Positions 1 to 13,770 are shown, counted from the first letter of the stretch. The stretch is DNA of 64,000 nucleotides from Vicugna vicugna (GCA_013265495.1 MU058337.1:2448686-2512685), one strand, 5' to 3'. A program made the numbers and translations. The notes: a model not told the origin generated them from the sequence alone.

Positions 1-3000
1 AGTTATTTGGTATAGATTTTATACTGAATATTTTAATATTACTTGGATATGATTAGGAACTCACATATTCTTAACACTGCATTTTATTGTTGATGTTGTT
101 AATTTAAAACACCCTCAACAGCCAAATAGCTTTGGTCTAAATGGATGGCAACCTCCATGCAATTTTGAAGATTCTATCCTTTATTAAAATTTTAAAATTC
201 TGAATAACATGAAATTAAACAGCCCTGGTCTCATCTTCTTAGAGGGTGGGGATGGGTAGAGGGCCAGTGGAAATGCCCATGTGATCATTAAGAACTTTTG
301 CCAGGACACATGGCTGATTTTTAACCTTCTAAATTTTACTGATGACATAGAAGCCTTGGAGGAACTCTCAGCCATCTTCCCTTACAAACAGACCGTAGGC
401 CCGATGCCTACAATATTTTCATTTTTTGAAAAGAACTAGTCAGTCAATTTTTAAACTACAGCTTCTTACATTCCAGTAACATCTAACCCAGATTTAATAG
501 TCTTGAAATAAAGTTATTCCTAACAAGAAATCATTTTTAGATGGATGCAGCTTTGGAATTTTACTAAACTCTTTTTCATGACCCCGTGAAGGTAATGGTT
601 ACTTCCGTTTTGAGGCTTGGTTTCTGAGGGTATTGTCCTTCACATCCCCTAGGATTTTGTTTTTGTTTTTGCTTTTTGTTTTCTTTTAAGACAACCAAGG
701 CCTAAAGAAAGAATCTATTTCAATACACGTGGAATTAAAAATACTATTCCCATTTTTCTCTAAGAGAATTTCCAAGATATCCAAATGTAAAACTACGAGT
801 TTTGACTGATTTTTATCTAAGGAAACACTTAGTGTGAAACTGAAACAAAATATCATTTTCTGCCTAGTGAAAATCTTGACATACTCTTTTTTTTACCTAC
901 CTTTCAGGAACATGCTAAATGCTCCCCAAAATGTGAGAGACAACATTTAAGAAAATGTCATTGCCTTAACCATGGCCAATATTTTGAAATAAGTCTTGAT
1001 ATTATCTGCCTGTTGTGACTTTTCTTTTGTTCGGCTCCTCCCCAGATTTTATACCTGTGGTATTTGCCAAAGTGTTGCCCCTAGCTGTAACTCTGCTTTT
1101 AATGTTTTTGGCAAACATTTAACTCTTTTCTGCTTTGGTTTCGATTGTACAAGATGGGAAGGCTCTTGATTTCCACATGCAAATAGTCACTACTGGTAAC
1201 TAGTTTTCATTGATTTGTTTTGCAATCTCAGGGCCATCTTGAATGCAAAATCATCTGAAAGATTAAAAAGGAATAACAGAATATTTTGTGTCAAAATGTT
1301 ATGGCTGAGAGATCTAAAAACTGCTCCAAGTATTTGTCACAAATACAAAATGAAGGCAAGAATCAGTCCAAACTTAAAGCAAAAGCTGCCTTCCACACTT
1401 CGCTGCGATGGTGAGACCCGTTTGGTGCTGGCTCAGAAACATGCGCTCATGACGGTCATACCCCAGGCAGATGAATGTCACCCTCCCTTGATGTTTAACA
1501 GAGCATCACTTGGCCAGAGGCGATGTATTAGCATACTCACGTGTACCAATTATACACGAGCCAACATAGGTAGAGCTAAATTATAAAAAAAAAGACCACT
1601 GCAGAGTTACAACTTTGGTGATAAATGACACATTTGCTAGCGGTTCAGACATTAGCATAGAAATGACAGGAGGGACTATATTTGAGGTGCACAGAAAAAC
1701 TAATTAACCTGGCAGCATAGAGTATGACCGTGTTGGTGGTCTTAACGCTTTTGAGGTGCTATCCTGTAATTTCAGTTTTAAAGCAGATAAAATACGACCC
1801 AAATATCACTTTTTAAAATACAACACTTGAAAAACCTGTAATACACTCTTCTAACCAGCGCCTAACCTGTGGTCTTGCCAGTAAATTAAAAATGCTTATG
1901 ATGCCAGTTTAGTTTTATTTATGTTGAAAAGAGGCACTATATAGAAACAAAATGCATAATGCAAAAAAGGGCATAGTTAGGATGGTTATGCCAACTCAAA
2001 TTATGTCTTTTTTTTTTTTGCAAACCATTGAACCAATAATGTCTTTTTTTCCCCTTAATATCAGCAAGATTTTGTTACCACAAGACAGCTCCCAGACACT
2101 CACTGCTATTTTTAATAAAAATGAACGAATACTGTGGACATAGTAGGTATGCTCATTGTAAACCATTTTTGTTGGACTCGATCTGAAAATATAGAAGAAA
2201 GACACTGAGCAGCCTGTGAAACATCTGAAGTGTCTATCAGCCAGGCAGTGATTCCTGGTACTTGCCAAGTATTTAAATTAAGTTTGAATATCTGTCTCCA
2301 TGTGTGCTTAGCACATACATATTTTCTTTTGGCCACAAACTTTTAGGGGCTGATAAGTAGAAACAGACTCCTTTGTTTCCAGGTAAGAGATAATGTGCAT
2401 TCCTTAGCTATTTCATCTTTATTATGAGACCCTAAAATATATACCAGCTCAATAGTAACCTAAAAAAAAAAAATGGAGTGGAGGGGGGACTCAAGAAATT
2501 GGTCTTTAGTTCAGATATGACTATATAATTACTTAATTAAAACTAAATTTATAAATCTTATTTTTCATCAATGTATAGAGATCATTTCAAGTTTAATTAT
2601 AATTGTGTTTTTCCCTTTTTAATAGTTATTAAAAGATTCTTTATTAGGATGATGGGAAAAACGAGGAGAGTAAACCATCTGAGTTTTTTCTTGTTCTCAG
2701 TCAACCTAAACTTAAGGGTCTAAAGTCCTGAAGCTAATTCAGGGATGAAGAAATGGAAGTGAGTGATGCCTGAGATGGACTCTAGATGCCTCCAAAGCAA
2801 GTGTACAAGGGTGAGGTGGTGTGTTTTAGAGCGGCTTGCTCCAACCTGTTGGGTGGTTATTGAAACAATTGAGCCTTGAGTCATCTACGTGAGAGAAGCA
2901 GAAAGTCGGTGTACAGCTCACAGTGGAATCCACAACACTTACATTTAAATGATCTTTTTGAAAAAATAACCTTGAAAAGTGGTGCCCAGAATGGGAAATT

Positions 3001-3006
3001 TAATGA

Positions 3007-3008
<2 letters not shown>

Positions 3009-3039
<31 letters not shown>
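3009..3039. repeat. (CA)n microsatellite
   Basis: Uninterrupted AC/CA run of about 15 units. Confidence 0.97.
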
Positions 3040-3043
<4 letters not shown>

Positions 3044-3910
3044 AATTTGATATATATTTGTGGGGAGTAAGTTTCCATGTTCCAAGAAATTCAAATGAGA
3101 TCTACCTTTTTGGCCATGTGCTACTGAATATATTAAAGCACAAATGGAAAACTAATGACTCAAGGAGAAAACCATGAATTTCAAAAATGATGAGTTAGTC
3201 CATATTTTACATGCCTCACATTTGACTGTATATGGTGGTATATGATTTACTATCCTTTCCCATTTTTACATTAATTAATTACTTAATTTAGCAAGAGTAA
3301 GAGAGTTTTATTTTAAAATGTGAATGACCAGTGCACCCATTCTTTAAAGTAAACACGCTGTGAGGTAATAGGTCCTCAGAAAGGATCTTGTGGCTTTATT
3401 GGCATCTTAATTTCATCAGTTGTTTAAAAGTGTATGTCAAAAAAAAAAAAAGAAAGAAAGAATGAAAGAAAAACAAATACAAGCACACAAAGGTAATTAT
3501 GTCAAGTTTCTAAAGTTTTCCAAATTCGGTCATATCCATATATACAGTTAAATTCACCACCATGAACAAAACAAAACTCCCTCTCTCTCTCTCTCTTTAT
3601 ATATATAAAACATTCACTTTGTGCAAATTTCAGGGTTAAGCCTAGGTAGATTAAAAAAAAAGATGAATGAGTTATGATTTTAGCCTGTGATTTCTGACTC
3701 TAAAATATTAACTAATTTTGACCAGCAGTGCCATGAAAGAGGCAAATTCCTTTAGTCACCATAACTTAATGGCAACAGTGGAGATACTGCTGGTGTGACT
3801 CAATTCCAAGAACACCCAGTCCTAACGAGGAAATGGAGAAACTATGTTACAAGGATTACAGATTCTAGGTTACTGTTCACGTCACAGGAGTGACGGGTAA
3901 GTCAGTAACC

Positions 3911-4046
3911 CAGTGGTTCCCAGCCGGAGGCGGGTTTGGGAGTCCTGCCGCCTCGTAGGTAGCTGTAGGGGTGCTACTCAGCATTCTACAGTGCAGAGAA
4001 GGACCTCCACAATCACAGGTCATCTGGCCCCAAATGTCAATAATGC
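3911..4046 (+). mobile_element. MER20 (hAT-Charlie MITE), internally deleted
   Basis: Starts CAGTGGTTCCCAGCCGG, contains GGGGTGCTACT and CATTCTACAGTGCA, ends CTGGCCCCAAATGTCAATAATGC. These match recalled MER20 blocks. Confidence 0.75.
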
Positions 4047-4699
4047 AGATTATTTTACATGTGACCTGATAAGCAGCCTATGATGTAATATTTATTAATC
4101 GATATTCCAGACATTGTTTGAATTACAAACAATGCATCTGATTTGTTTGTTCCAAACACTGAATTAACCAAAATGGCATATGGGGTTGTGGGTATCAACA
4201 AAGACATCGCACTGAACTCTTTGTCTACTTACCTAGAGGTCCTTTAATAATTAGCCACAAAAAAATAGTGGAACAATTTTTTTTTTCTGTGAATGCTGTG
4301 GAAACTGTTTAATTGACCATGCTATGAAATCATTTCTTTGCCTAGTTATCCTATGATGGTAGAATTGTGAATTTGACCTTTTGCTCTTGCCTTTCTGAGT
4401 CCGTTGTCATCTTCTGCAGAATAGATAAGACAGTCTTGCAAGGCTGCTGTGGTTGTTGGAAATGCAAATGTGCAAGACAGGGAGAGCGCCAGGGACTTAA
4501 GAAGAGAGAGATATTAGAGCTGGTGCTACACATGTTGGGGTTTTTATTAGTATTACTGTTAATATTGACATCCTCCTCCCTTGCCATGATTTATATGGGA
4601 TTTTACATGAATAATAGAAGAAAGGACCTGTGATTAGGCCCCCTTGAATCCCGCCATCATTTTTCAGGCTTTAGACCTTAGGTTACTTTCTTACTTTCT

Positions 4700-4730
4700 C
4701 AAAAACCTCAGTTTCCTCATCTGTAAAAGT
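4700..4730 (+). mobile_element. MIR SINE core fragment
   Basis: CCTCAGTTTCCTCATCTGTAAAA is the MIR core. Confidence 0.7.
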
Positions 4731-7509
4731 CACCTTAATAAATTTCACTTCACGGCATACAGCCAATGTTCAGAATTGTGTGGGCCTTTTGTGTACAGAA
4801 GTAAGAAGAGCTACTTGTATTTTTAATTCTTACCCAGGCATATAGTGCTAGAAAAATAAAATGAAATGAAGTGTACATTGGGAAGGGCAAGGCAAGGTTA
4901 GGAAGGAATATTGGAAAATTTTGACAGAATCTTCTCTGTTCTTAGCCTGCTCCATTCTATAAAGAAAAAAAACCCAACTTATATCTAATGAAAATTAACC
5001 CATCTTTCTGTGAGACAGTTAATTATTATTGACTCAAATTGACTAAAACCTCATTATCGAAAGGTGGCTCCAGTTAGGAATTTACTTACATCACAATAAT
5101 ACATAAATTAAATAGGACATTGCTCACTAACACACATGTGTCTAAATTCATGAAGCCAAAAGTATATTGCCAGAGGCTGAGTATGTGAAAAACATGTCTG
5201 ACTTTATCAACAGCCTAACTTCCAATTTCCCTGAAACGACCACTGACATTTTTAATGTGCCCCATGTCAAATAAATGCGTAGGTTTTATTTTTTCTCCAT
5301 TTCCAACTTCAGTTTAGATCCTCTGTTAAAATTTACTCGTGAATTATTTTTTCTGTACTAAGTTTTATATTTCTACCATTTGGGAAAGTTAAATTAAAAT
5401 TTTTTAATACAAGTTTATCAAAAAGCAGAATTGGCTGTTATTATTGCTCGGTTTATGTTAACTAAAACAAAGATTTCATGTTTTTAGGAACAAGTGTCAT
5501 CACTATAAGCATTATGAGAATACTTAGGAGTCAGTTAAGACAATAGCCACAAAGTAGTATTTTCTGTATCTCAAATTATCAAATTGTTTTGATAAATGCT
5601 GCTGATTGAATTTCATACGTTATCAAAACTGAGTCATGAGACTTTCCCACTGAAGGTAACAACTTACCATGACATTGCATTTCTTCCCAGGCATTCCCTT
5701 GTAAATAATTCCTGCACTTTTGTGGGCTATAATTTATGGCACATATCAGAACACTTCCCACTTGATAAAAGTAGTTAGTGCTGTAAGAAGAACATAACTT
5801 AACCCTGTCCCAGGACAACTCAGTAAGTTTCTTAATGTTATTTTTAACGGACTTAAAAAGATGTGTTGCTTCATTTTTAAGTCGATAGCACACCCTTTGC
5901 GAGTGATGTACTATTTTGTAACATACTTTTTTTTCAGTTGAGCTGACAGCTTAGGTGCAGTGAAAGTAGATTCCATTTGTAACTTAAAATGACTGTAGAG
6001 ACAAATCAACTGCAGGAAATTGGGTGTATAACAAAAACACGTATAAACCCTGAGCAGTAGCAGTGTTTTCGTAGGACCAGCAGGAGAAGCAGTGAAGTCT
6101 TGTTGATACTGAGCTGGAGCAAGGCTTTCAAGTGAGCGGCTGCCTCATTCTCAGGTAGAGGAATCCATAACTCAGCCCTCCAGGGGCAGCCTGTGCATTT
6201 CTATATTCGGCAGTAACAGAAGATGTCATTCGGGTGACCTGAGGTGTACGATTTCATGCTTTGGAAAGAAAAGTTATCTCCTTCCCTCCATATGGGCCTT
6301 CTTCATGGCTAATTTGAAGAGGCCGTGTCTTTCCATAGCAGTGAACTGCTTGGTTTGGCTTCACAGCATTATCAGATCTTGACTAGCATGAATCTTTAAG
6401 CTGAAAGAAAACTTGAAATTTGACGTCTTTTATTTTTTTTCCCTCAATAATCTTGGTAATGACTTATATAAGAATTCATTTGAAGGTCCCATCCCCTGGG
6501 GCCTACTCTAATTTCCCGTAAGGTAGCCTGTGTTTATTTAGTATAAAGTAAGAAGCTTGATTCACTGACGTTTTCAATATAAATTTTATTATTAATGAAT
6601 CTGTTTAGCTTTTTTTTTAACTTATATGGAATTAATCTTTACATTTGTTTCCTAAATTAAAATTGAAGTTTTAAATTCTTCCCCTTTCAGTTAAAAAAGG
6701 AACTTTTTTTTCCTAATATATTATTTAAGATTCAGAATATATTTAAAAGATAGTTTTTCCTTTTATGGTGATTTACAAGTTAGATTTAATGCATGGAAAA
6801 TAGTATAGTTTTTAGAAAATCTTTAGAAAAATGAGTATTTTTTTGATAGAGGTACTCTATCAAAAAAAGTTTAAAAGTTGAATGAGCGACAAACCAGGTG
6901 AAAGTACTAACTCAGTTAATCCAGTGGTTCAGGAATGACCTGATGGATATTCTCCCAAAGCACAGCATTTGAGTTTACACAGTTTTCAAGAGTGGCTCTG
7001 AAATGCGTGAACAGATCTAAACTCCACTTGAGCATAATTCATGAAGTTACATCTCGTTCAATATCTCATAATAACAATTTACTACCCATTGTGAAAATTA
7101 GCTTTATGTCACCTTAATTATGGGTCATTCAAATCATAATCTTAACCTCTTTATTATTATCATCAGTATAAGTCTATCTTTTATCATCCTTGGCATACGC
7201 AGTTTACCAGCTCCCCTTGAAGCCTTGACTGACGCAGGCTGATGATTCAAGTGTTTTTGTATGTCTGTTTCTACCGAATCCATCCGGTCACAATATTTCA
7301 TCAAAAAAGTGTCAGCTGTAGGAATGGTATTTGTATTGTCCAGGATTATTCTTAAAAATGATGCATTAAAACATGTTAATTCTTTTGTTAATTGGTAATA
7401 TTCTTTAAGTAATTATTCTAAGGTATTTGAGGCCTGGAATCCAGAGGCGTTCCATTATACTTCATTCATTTAATGTGAATTATGAGTTTAGTACATCTAT
7501 CCATTTAAT

Positions 7510-7690
7510 AATTTATTTCCTTCACTAATTTAACGCCTATTTATTGATTATTTGCCATCTATCAAGCATTGTTCCTGTTTCTAGGGCTGCAACCACAAAA
7601 AAAAACAAAGCTTCTTGACCTCATACAGTTTACATACAAGTGGAGGAAGAATAAACACATAAATAAAGTGACTACTCATTGCGACAAGCC
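7510..7690 (-). mobile_element. L2 LINE 3' end fragment
   Basis: TATTTATTGA...CAAGCATTGTTC...CTAGGGCTGCA...CTTGACCTCATACAGTTTACA...AGTGG resembles the reverse-complemented L2 3' end. Confidence 0.6.
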
Positions 7691-10651
7691 CTACGTAAAA
7701 CACCCAGAAATGAAGGATGGAGGCCCAACCTCCAAGTGTTTAATACAGAATACAAGTTATAGTGTTTATTTATGTCAGAACTAGAGGGCAGTGGACTGAT
7801 AATTTTCAAGAAATAAGTGAATACAATAAATAATACACATATTTTCTTGGAAGAAAGATTATCGAGGTGGTATTAGGGCTCGACTATCTGCTTCTTAGTC
7901 TGCTTTGAGAAATATACTGTGGACTGAAAACTATTTCTTGTATTTATTCCTAAAGTAGAAAGTGGTTTAAAAAAAAAACAAAAACAAATGCGTATGGATT
8001 TGGGCGTCCTCCACTAAAGTTGCTTGCAATTTTGAAGAAGAATATCAACAGGGAAAAGTTGTAGTCACCAAGCCCTGAGCAGTTTCCCTGTACTTTTGTG
8101 AAAGAAAGCTTGCTCTTGGGCATCTCTCACCCCTTCACACACAGACGGACATGGCAGAGCTGGAAACAGCATTCTCGAATTGGAATGGTACCTACCTCCA
8201 GCGCCCCCTTCTAAGGCTCCTCCTTTCCTTTGTGTGTCTCTCATAAAGGGGCAGCTGAAAGCCGCTTGCTTAGTTTTCAGTCCTTGAAAAGACATATTGT
8301 TTCCTTTTCTTCTCTTATTTTGATAACATATTCTCATATTCACAGTCTTCTCATTGGCGAGCTCAGCTCATCTTGGTTTTGGTCTACAGAACAGGATGAA
8401 GTACAATCCAATTTTGAGGCCGATCTACCATTTTGCTTAGTAGTCCCATTGCAAAAAGTCAGAAGATTAAGGAGAGAACTATAATTGCCTCATAGTTAAG
8501 ATATTATTGAGAATGCCACGGACTGAATTTTAAATACACTTTCAGCATACTCATGTTAGAAAAAAATTATTTTTTCAAATTCACTTGCAAAGTTCCCATC
8601 AATTCTTTTTCTAGTTTTTATTTAGTTATGTTAAAAAGTTAATAAAAAGGCTCCTGGTATAAGAGGTTATCAATGGTACGTGCCATTATTGCTTTTAGCT
8701 TTAAATATGCTTTATGCATATTTACTAGCACAACTTACAATAAACTTGGTAAAATAGAAGAGAATTAAACCTGAGATGTTATTGTGATGCTAAGATTTGG
8801 CAAAACTTAATGGAGAAAGTTAGAAATGAGCCACCCCTCTCCTGTGCCGGTGCATCTTTGTCTCTGCCCTAACCTGGAATCAGTCTTGTATTATTTACAT
8901 GAAATTCGTTTTGCATTTTCAGAATCAAATGCTGTCAGGACAGCACAAGCTGGCTAATAGGTAATGAATTCTCAAATGGCCACCTCCCTTTCTGCTCTGA
9001 AGCTTTTACAAACATTTTAGCTCTTGTTTTATCTTTTTTACTAATAAGGTGTTTTTTTTTTTTCTAAAACATTTATTGACCGGTATATTTTGTCAGCATA
9101 TTTGACAGAAAGACTTTAACTCTTGTGTGTTCATCAGGCTGTTTAATGGCAAAAAGAAAATTGACTATTCACTTTTTCTTTAATTCTAGTTCTATTAGAT
9201 TCTCTGACTTTTATCACCTGTTTTATGTTGTAGCTGCTGCCATTATTAGTACTACTATTATTATTCCTATTACTATTATTATTAGCCTTTTGAATGATAA
9301 GCATTTTAATTATTTAGTACTTTTTTTTTTTCAGTTAATAAATTCCCATACAAGATACATCAGGAAAGAGGCTTGGGGATGGTACAAAGATTAACATATC
9401 GAGGCTTGCAATGTCACAGGACCTTAGGCCCAGGTTTCTGATAGCTTTTCAATCTGATAACAATTCACAACTGCCTGAAGGGCAAGATGTATTTTGGTTC
9501 CAACAAGCAAGAGAAAACATTGCCAGCATCACAGAAGAAGGAAAAGAGAAAGAAGAAAAAAAGAAAAGCTTGCCTCTATATAAACCCCAAGGGAAAAGAA
9601 ATTAGCTAAAAGACACTAAGATATATGCGTATGGTGTGCTCTCTAGCAAGTCTTTTAATTGTTCTTTTCACTTGACAGGACAAAAATGTAGACACTTAAT
9701 AGAAATTCAAAGCCCATTTTTTCTTAACTTTTCTCTGTGCCAGGCCTGGTGGAGAAAATCACATGGCCAAAGACCCTGGCCTGAAGCCATTGTTTGTGTA
9801 GCTACTTCTTGTTCAGAAATCAGAAAGTCATTAAGCTTGGGGTAGACAGCTGTGAGAAGTGTTATCAAGCAAGTGATGTCTGCAGATTAGTAAGGCACAA
9901 AAGTATGCAGCTGGCAGTGTCATCTGAAATTCAACAAGTTTTGGAAATGCTTGGCAGCTGGAAGAAAGAATGAAGAGAATGAAAAAGAAGAAAAAATTGA
10001 CATTCAAAATAAGAACATGAAATATATTCACAAAATTATATATTGTATTATTATATATTATAATTATATACCATTTATAAAAATATATACATATTTTGGA
10101 GTAGATTGCCCTACTTATAATTTGAGATTCTCCCATATATTATTAAATATATGTTTTGACATGAATTTTCTCAGGACAAAATGATGTAGCCTAATCATGG
10201 AAAACATCTTCCAGGGTAGATTATTTTAATGATGTAAAGATTACATATATCACAAAGAGAAGCCTTATCTGCACCTCAGGCATTTGCAAATGACATTCAT
10301 AATACAATTCCAAAATAACACCAATGGACAAACCCGGATTGACAGTCTCTGTCTGAGGATCATTTTGTGCACTTGTGTGGTCTTTTGGAATCTATGTAGG
10401 TAAAATACATTTTCTAGATTAGATAGAATGAACCGTTGGGCTCATGGGTGCCCTCCCTTTTTTAAAAATTATCATTTAATTGCTTTTGTTTTCAAGTTTG
10501 CAATCCTGCTACTTGACATTGCAAAATAGTTTGGTTAATTAAAGTACACCAAATAATATCAATAAGAATTAAGAAATTCCAGGTCAGTGGGAGGTTGCAA
10601 GAAAGCATCTTTGTTAAAGTCAGCGGTTCCTTTGTGTTAGCTGATATCCCC

Positions 10652-11180
10652 TGTTGTATTTATCCTTTGCTGTGTAACGGGGCATCACAAGACGCAAGAG
10701 TGTGAAAGCCACAATGATTATTTTGCCTGCAATTATGCAGTACAATGAGGGCTCCGTGTAGACAGCTCATCTCTTCCCTTTATGGTATCAGGTGGGCCAG
10801 CCAGAAGGTGGGAATTATTTGATAGCTGGGACTAGAAACATTGAATGGGTATATGGCCTAATAGTGGAGGCTGGATGTCAGCTGGGACTTTGGCTGGGGC
10901 TGTCCGCAGGCGCACCTGTACTTCTTCTCCTCAGGTGGCTACTTGGCTTCCTGACAGCATGTTTGCTGGGTTCCCAGGTGAGTATCCCAAGGAGATAATG
11001 TGGGTGAGCAAGGCTTTCTTATGACACAGCCTTGGACATCACATAACATCCCTCTGCTGCACTCACAAACTTCCACCCAGGTTCAGGGGAAGGGACATAG
11101 AACCCTCCACTTGATGGAGGAAATTTAGCATGTTAAAAAAAGCATGTGAGATGAGATACCTGAAAAAGACAGTCTGCCAC
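10652..11180 (-). mobile_element. MLT1G/H-type MaLR LTR (3' LTR of a minus-strand element)
   Basis: Termini TGTTGTATTTATCCTTTGCTGTGTAAC and GTCTGCCACA, with internal GGCTGGGGCTGTC, GGCTTCCTGACAGCATG and CCCAGGTTCAGGGGAAGGGACATAGA typical of MLT1. Confidence 0.8.
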
Positions 11181-11567
11181 AGTCTGCCTTGGGCCACAAA
11201 AATCCTTTCCCCCTCTCACATGCAAAATACACTTGAATTTGTCTGGGAGAACTCCAGGACTCATGCCCGTCCATACCAGTCTGAAGCCTATGACTGTATC
11301 ATCTAGATGGTCTACAGTGTAGATGATGCCCCTTGGGTGCAATTCCTCAGTACTGCTGCTCAGGTACATCCTTTTAGTTTGAACACCAGTGAACTGGAGA
11401 GATAAGTTATGTCCCCCCGCCCCACAGCCAACGCTTAGTGGTGGCTCAGGCATGAGATAAGGGCTCTCAACACTGCTGTTCTTCAAGGTAGAGAACAGGA
11501 AGCAGACAGCAGCCACTGGTCCATAGTAGTTCTGAAATCCTATGGGACACATGTTGCCACTTCCTTG
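11181..11567 (-). mobile_element. MLT1 internal sequence, 3' part
   Basis: Abuts the LTR 5' end. CACATGCAAAATACAC and CACTGGTCCATAGTAGTTCTGAAATCC match the recalled MLT1-int 3' region. Confidence 0.7.
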
Positions 11568-11729
11568 GTTTTTTTTTTTTTTAATATTTATTTTTCAAAA
11601 TAAATTAAAGCTATCTATTTAGGATGGTGAATTTTTATGTCTGTAAGATAGGAATTCTTTCTTAGACATTTTCAGGATGTCTTGGGGTCCATCATTTCTT
11701 ACTATTTGTAAACGGGGGACCATGGCATC

Positions 11730-12635
11730 TGTGGTAGGTTGTATTTTCCAAAGTTGGAACCACAATATACCCCATTCCACATACTCTTCTTACTGTGTGA
11801 TGTCGATCTGTTCTCACTTAGTGCATTCCATGTTGCCTCAAATGAGGGCATATGGTTAAAGTGATGCAAAGTTAGGTGCAAAGCTAGGTCATAAAAGTAC
11901 CACTGGCTTTGGCTGTGTTCTCTAGGGACACTCGTTTTTGGAACCCAGTCATGATTCTGTGAGAAAGGCAAGTAGCAACTTGGAGAGATGACAGGTAAGG
12001 GTTCTGGGGTCCTGGCTGATAGCCTGTTGTGGATTGAATGTTTGTGCCCCCTCAATCTGGATGCTGACGCCCTCAAGATCAATGTGATGTTATTTGAAGG
12101 TGGGGCCTTTGGAAGGTAATTAGGTTTAGATGCGATCATGAGAGTGGGAGATTCCCCCATCATGGGATTAGTGCTCTCATACAAAGAGGAAGAGACACCA
12201 GGGCTCCTCCTTCCTGCCCTGACAGGGCACAGCAAGGAGACAGCCGTCTGCAAGCCGGGACGAGTGCTCACACCAGGAGCAAATCTGCCGGTGCCTTGGT
12301 CTTGCCCCGCCCAGTATCAGAACTGTGAGAGAGAAACATCTGCTGTGTAAGCAGCCCAGGCGGAGGCAGTCCATCACAGTAGGCGGTGCTGGCTAAAGCA
12401 CAGCCCCACCTGAACTCCCAGCGGACAGTCGGCACCAGCCGTCAGGCTTGTGTGAGCAATGCTTTGTTGATTTCAGTCCTAGGGTCAAGCCATCCCCAGC
12501 CTGCCAGCTTCTGCGGATGCCTCACGGGGCAGAGACAAGGTGCGTTCTCCAAGTGTGGTCCACGTAGCAGATTAACAAACAATAAAATGGCTGTTGATGT
12601 TTGAAGCCCCTCAGTCTTAAGACGAAACAAAACAT
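11730..12635 (+). mobile_element. MLT1G/H-type MaLR LTR (5' LTR), interrupted by MLT1A
   Basis: Starts TGTGGTAGGTTGTATTTTCCAAAG, resumes after 12400 with CAGCCCCACCTGAACTCCCAGC, and has AATAAAATGGCTGTTG near its end. Confidence 0.75.
12025..12400 (+). mobile_element. MLT1A/MLT1A0 solo LTR
   Basis: 376 bp, TGTTGTGGATTGAATGTTTGTG...GGTGGGGCCTTTGGAAGGTAATTAGGTTTAGATG...CTAAAGCA. Flanked by TAGCC/CAGCC (4/5 TSD). Confidence 0.85.
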
Positions 12636-13250
12636 AGTTTGGTACCTGGGAGGAACTTGTTGCTGTAAGAGCCCAAACGTGGGGCATCAGCTCTGGGATG
12701 AGACAGGGGACAGAAACAGGGAGAGCGTGAGGGGCACCGTTCGTAAGAGAGTCTTGGAGATGGTATGAGAAGAGCCTGACGGGTCTCAAGGGGGCTTTTG
12801 TGACAGACTTAGATCAAAAGCCAAAAGAGGGGCCTTGTTATGTGGTAGCAGAAAGTTTTGCAGTGCCATCGTCTCGACTAACACAGAAAATAGAAAAAAA
12901 AAATTGTAGTGAAGCTTATGATCTAGTAAAGAGATTTCCAGGCAGGGTAGTGACCTGAGGACCACTTGGCTTCATCTCAGAGCCTGTGATAAATGTGAGA
13001 GAAGAGAGAGTGTGTAGAGAAAGAGCCATTCAACGCAAAGGAGCCAGGACTTGCTGACTTTGGAAATAAAACTGCTCCTCATTCCTAGCCTCTCCAGATG
13101 GCAAATTGTGCTGAAATTAAAAAGTGCCTTTTGGACAGGGGATAAATATACTGTCAGGCAAATATGTATAAAGATAAAGCCAAGGGCATGACTGTAAAAC
13201 CTTTGTTAAGACCTCAGAGTGATTTAAGGTGGTGCCCCATAGACCCTTTC
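12636..13250 (+). mobile_element. MLT1 internal sequence, 5' part
   Basis: Follows the LTR with TTTGGTACCTGG...GCTGTAA and AAGGAGCCAGGACTTGCTG, as in MLT1-int 5' regions. Confidence 0.65.
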
Positions 13251-13589
13251 GGTCTGCATTATTAGTATGATCATTAATATTACTTTAATTATGATGTAGA
13301 GTATTCGTTTAGGGAAAAAATTCAACTTAAGCCTTTGAGCCTGTGTCCTTTTATTGTGAAATAATATTATTCTGTATTAGCCAACCACCTTACATTACCT
13401 TATATTTTCCAGCTCCACCATATACATTGTTTATTTAATCGTTATTTTAATCAAACTTATGGGGTGAGCAGGACAAATCTCATTATTTCTCATTTTCCCC
13501 AGTGGCTTTCCAGGTCAGTTTCAACATCTATTCATTTTGTGTCCCCTTCAGCCCAACGGCTAGTTCTTTGACTTCAGGAAGTGTCTGCT

Positions 13590-13770
13590 CTGCACCAGGT
13601 ACCGCTCACATGAGCTAAGCTGTCCCGTCAGTTCTCATGACAGCCCGATACAGGCGGTGCTACTGCACCTGACTGTCAGATGAGGCAGCTCAAAAGCCGA
13701 CCAGTTATATGAAACTCTGGTATCACATTAGTACTGTGTTGCAGGATCAGGAGTCTTTCTGGCCTTTATG
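13590..13770 (-). mobile_element. MIR SINE
   Basis: TCTCATGACAGCCC...CAGATGAGGCAGCTCA is a degenerate reverse MIR core. Confidence 0.55.

Noticed and set aside
244..263. Isolated G4 motif (another at 32483-32506)
   Set aside because: The pattern is present, but single G4 motifs are common in mammalian DNA and nothing in the context suggests function.
8198..8216. CTCF-like motif (AGGGGGCGC on the minus strand), also ACTAGAGGGCAG near 7780
   Set aside because: Both lack the conserved upstream CC of the CTCF core and are too weak to call without data.
11702..12271. Longest ORF (189 aa, minus strand)
   Set aside because: It lies antisense across MLT1A and MLT1G/H LTR sequence and is a chance frame.
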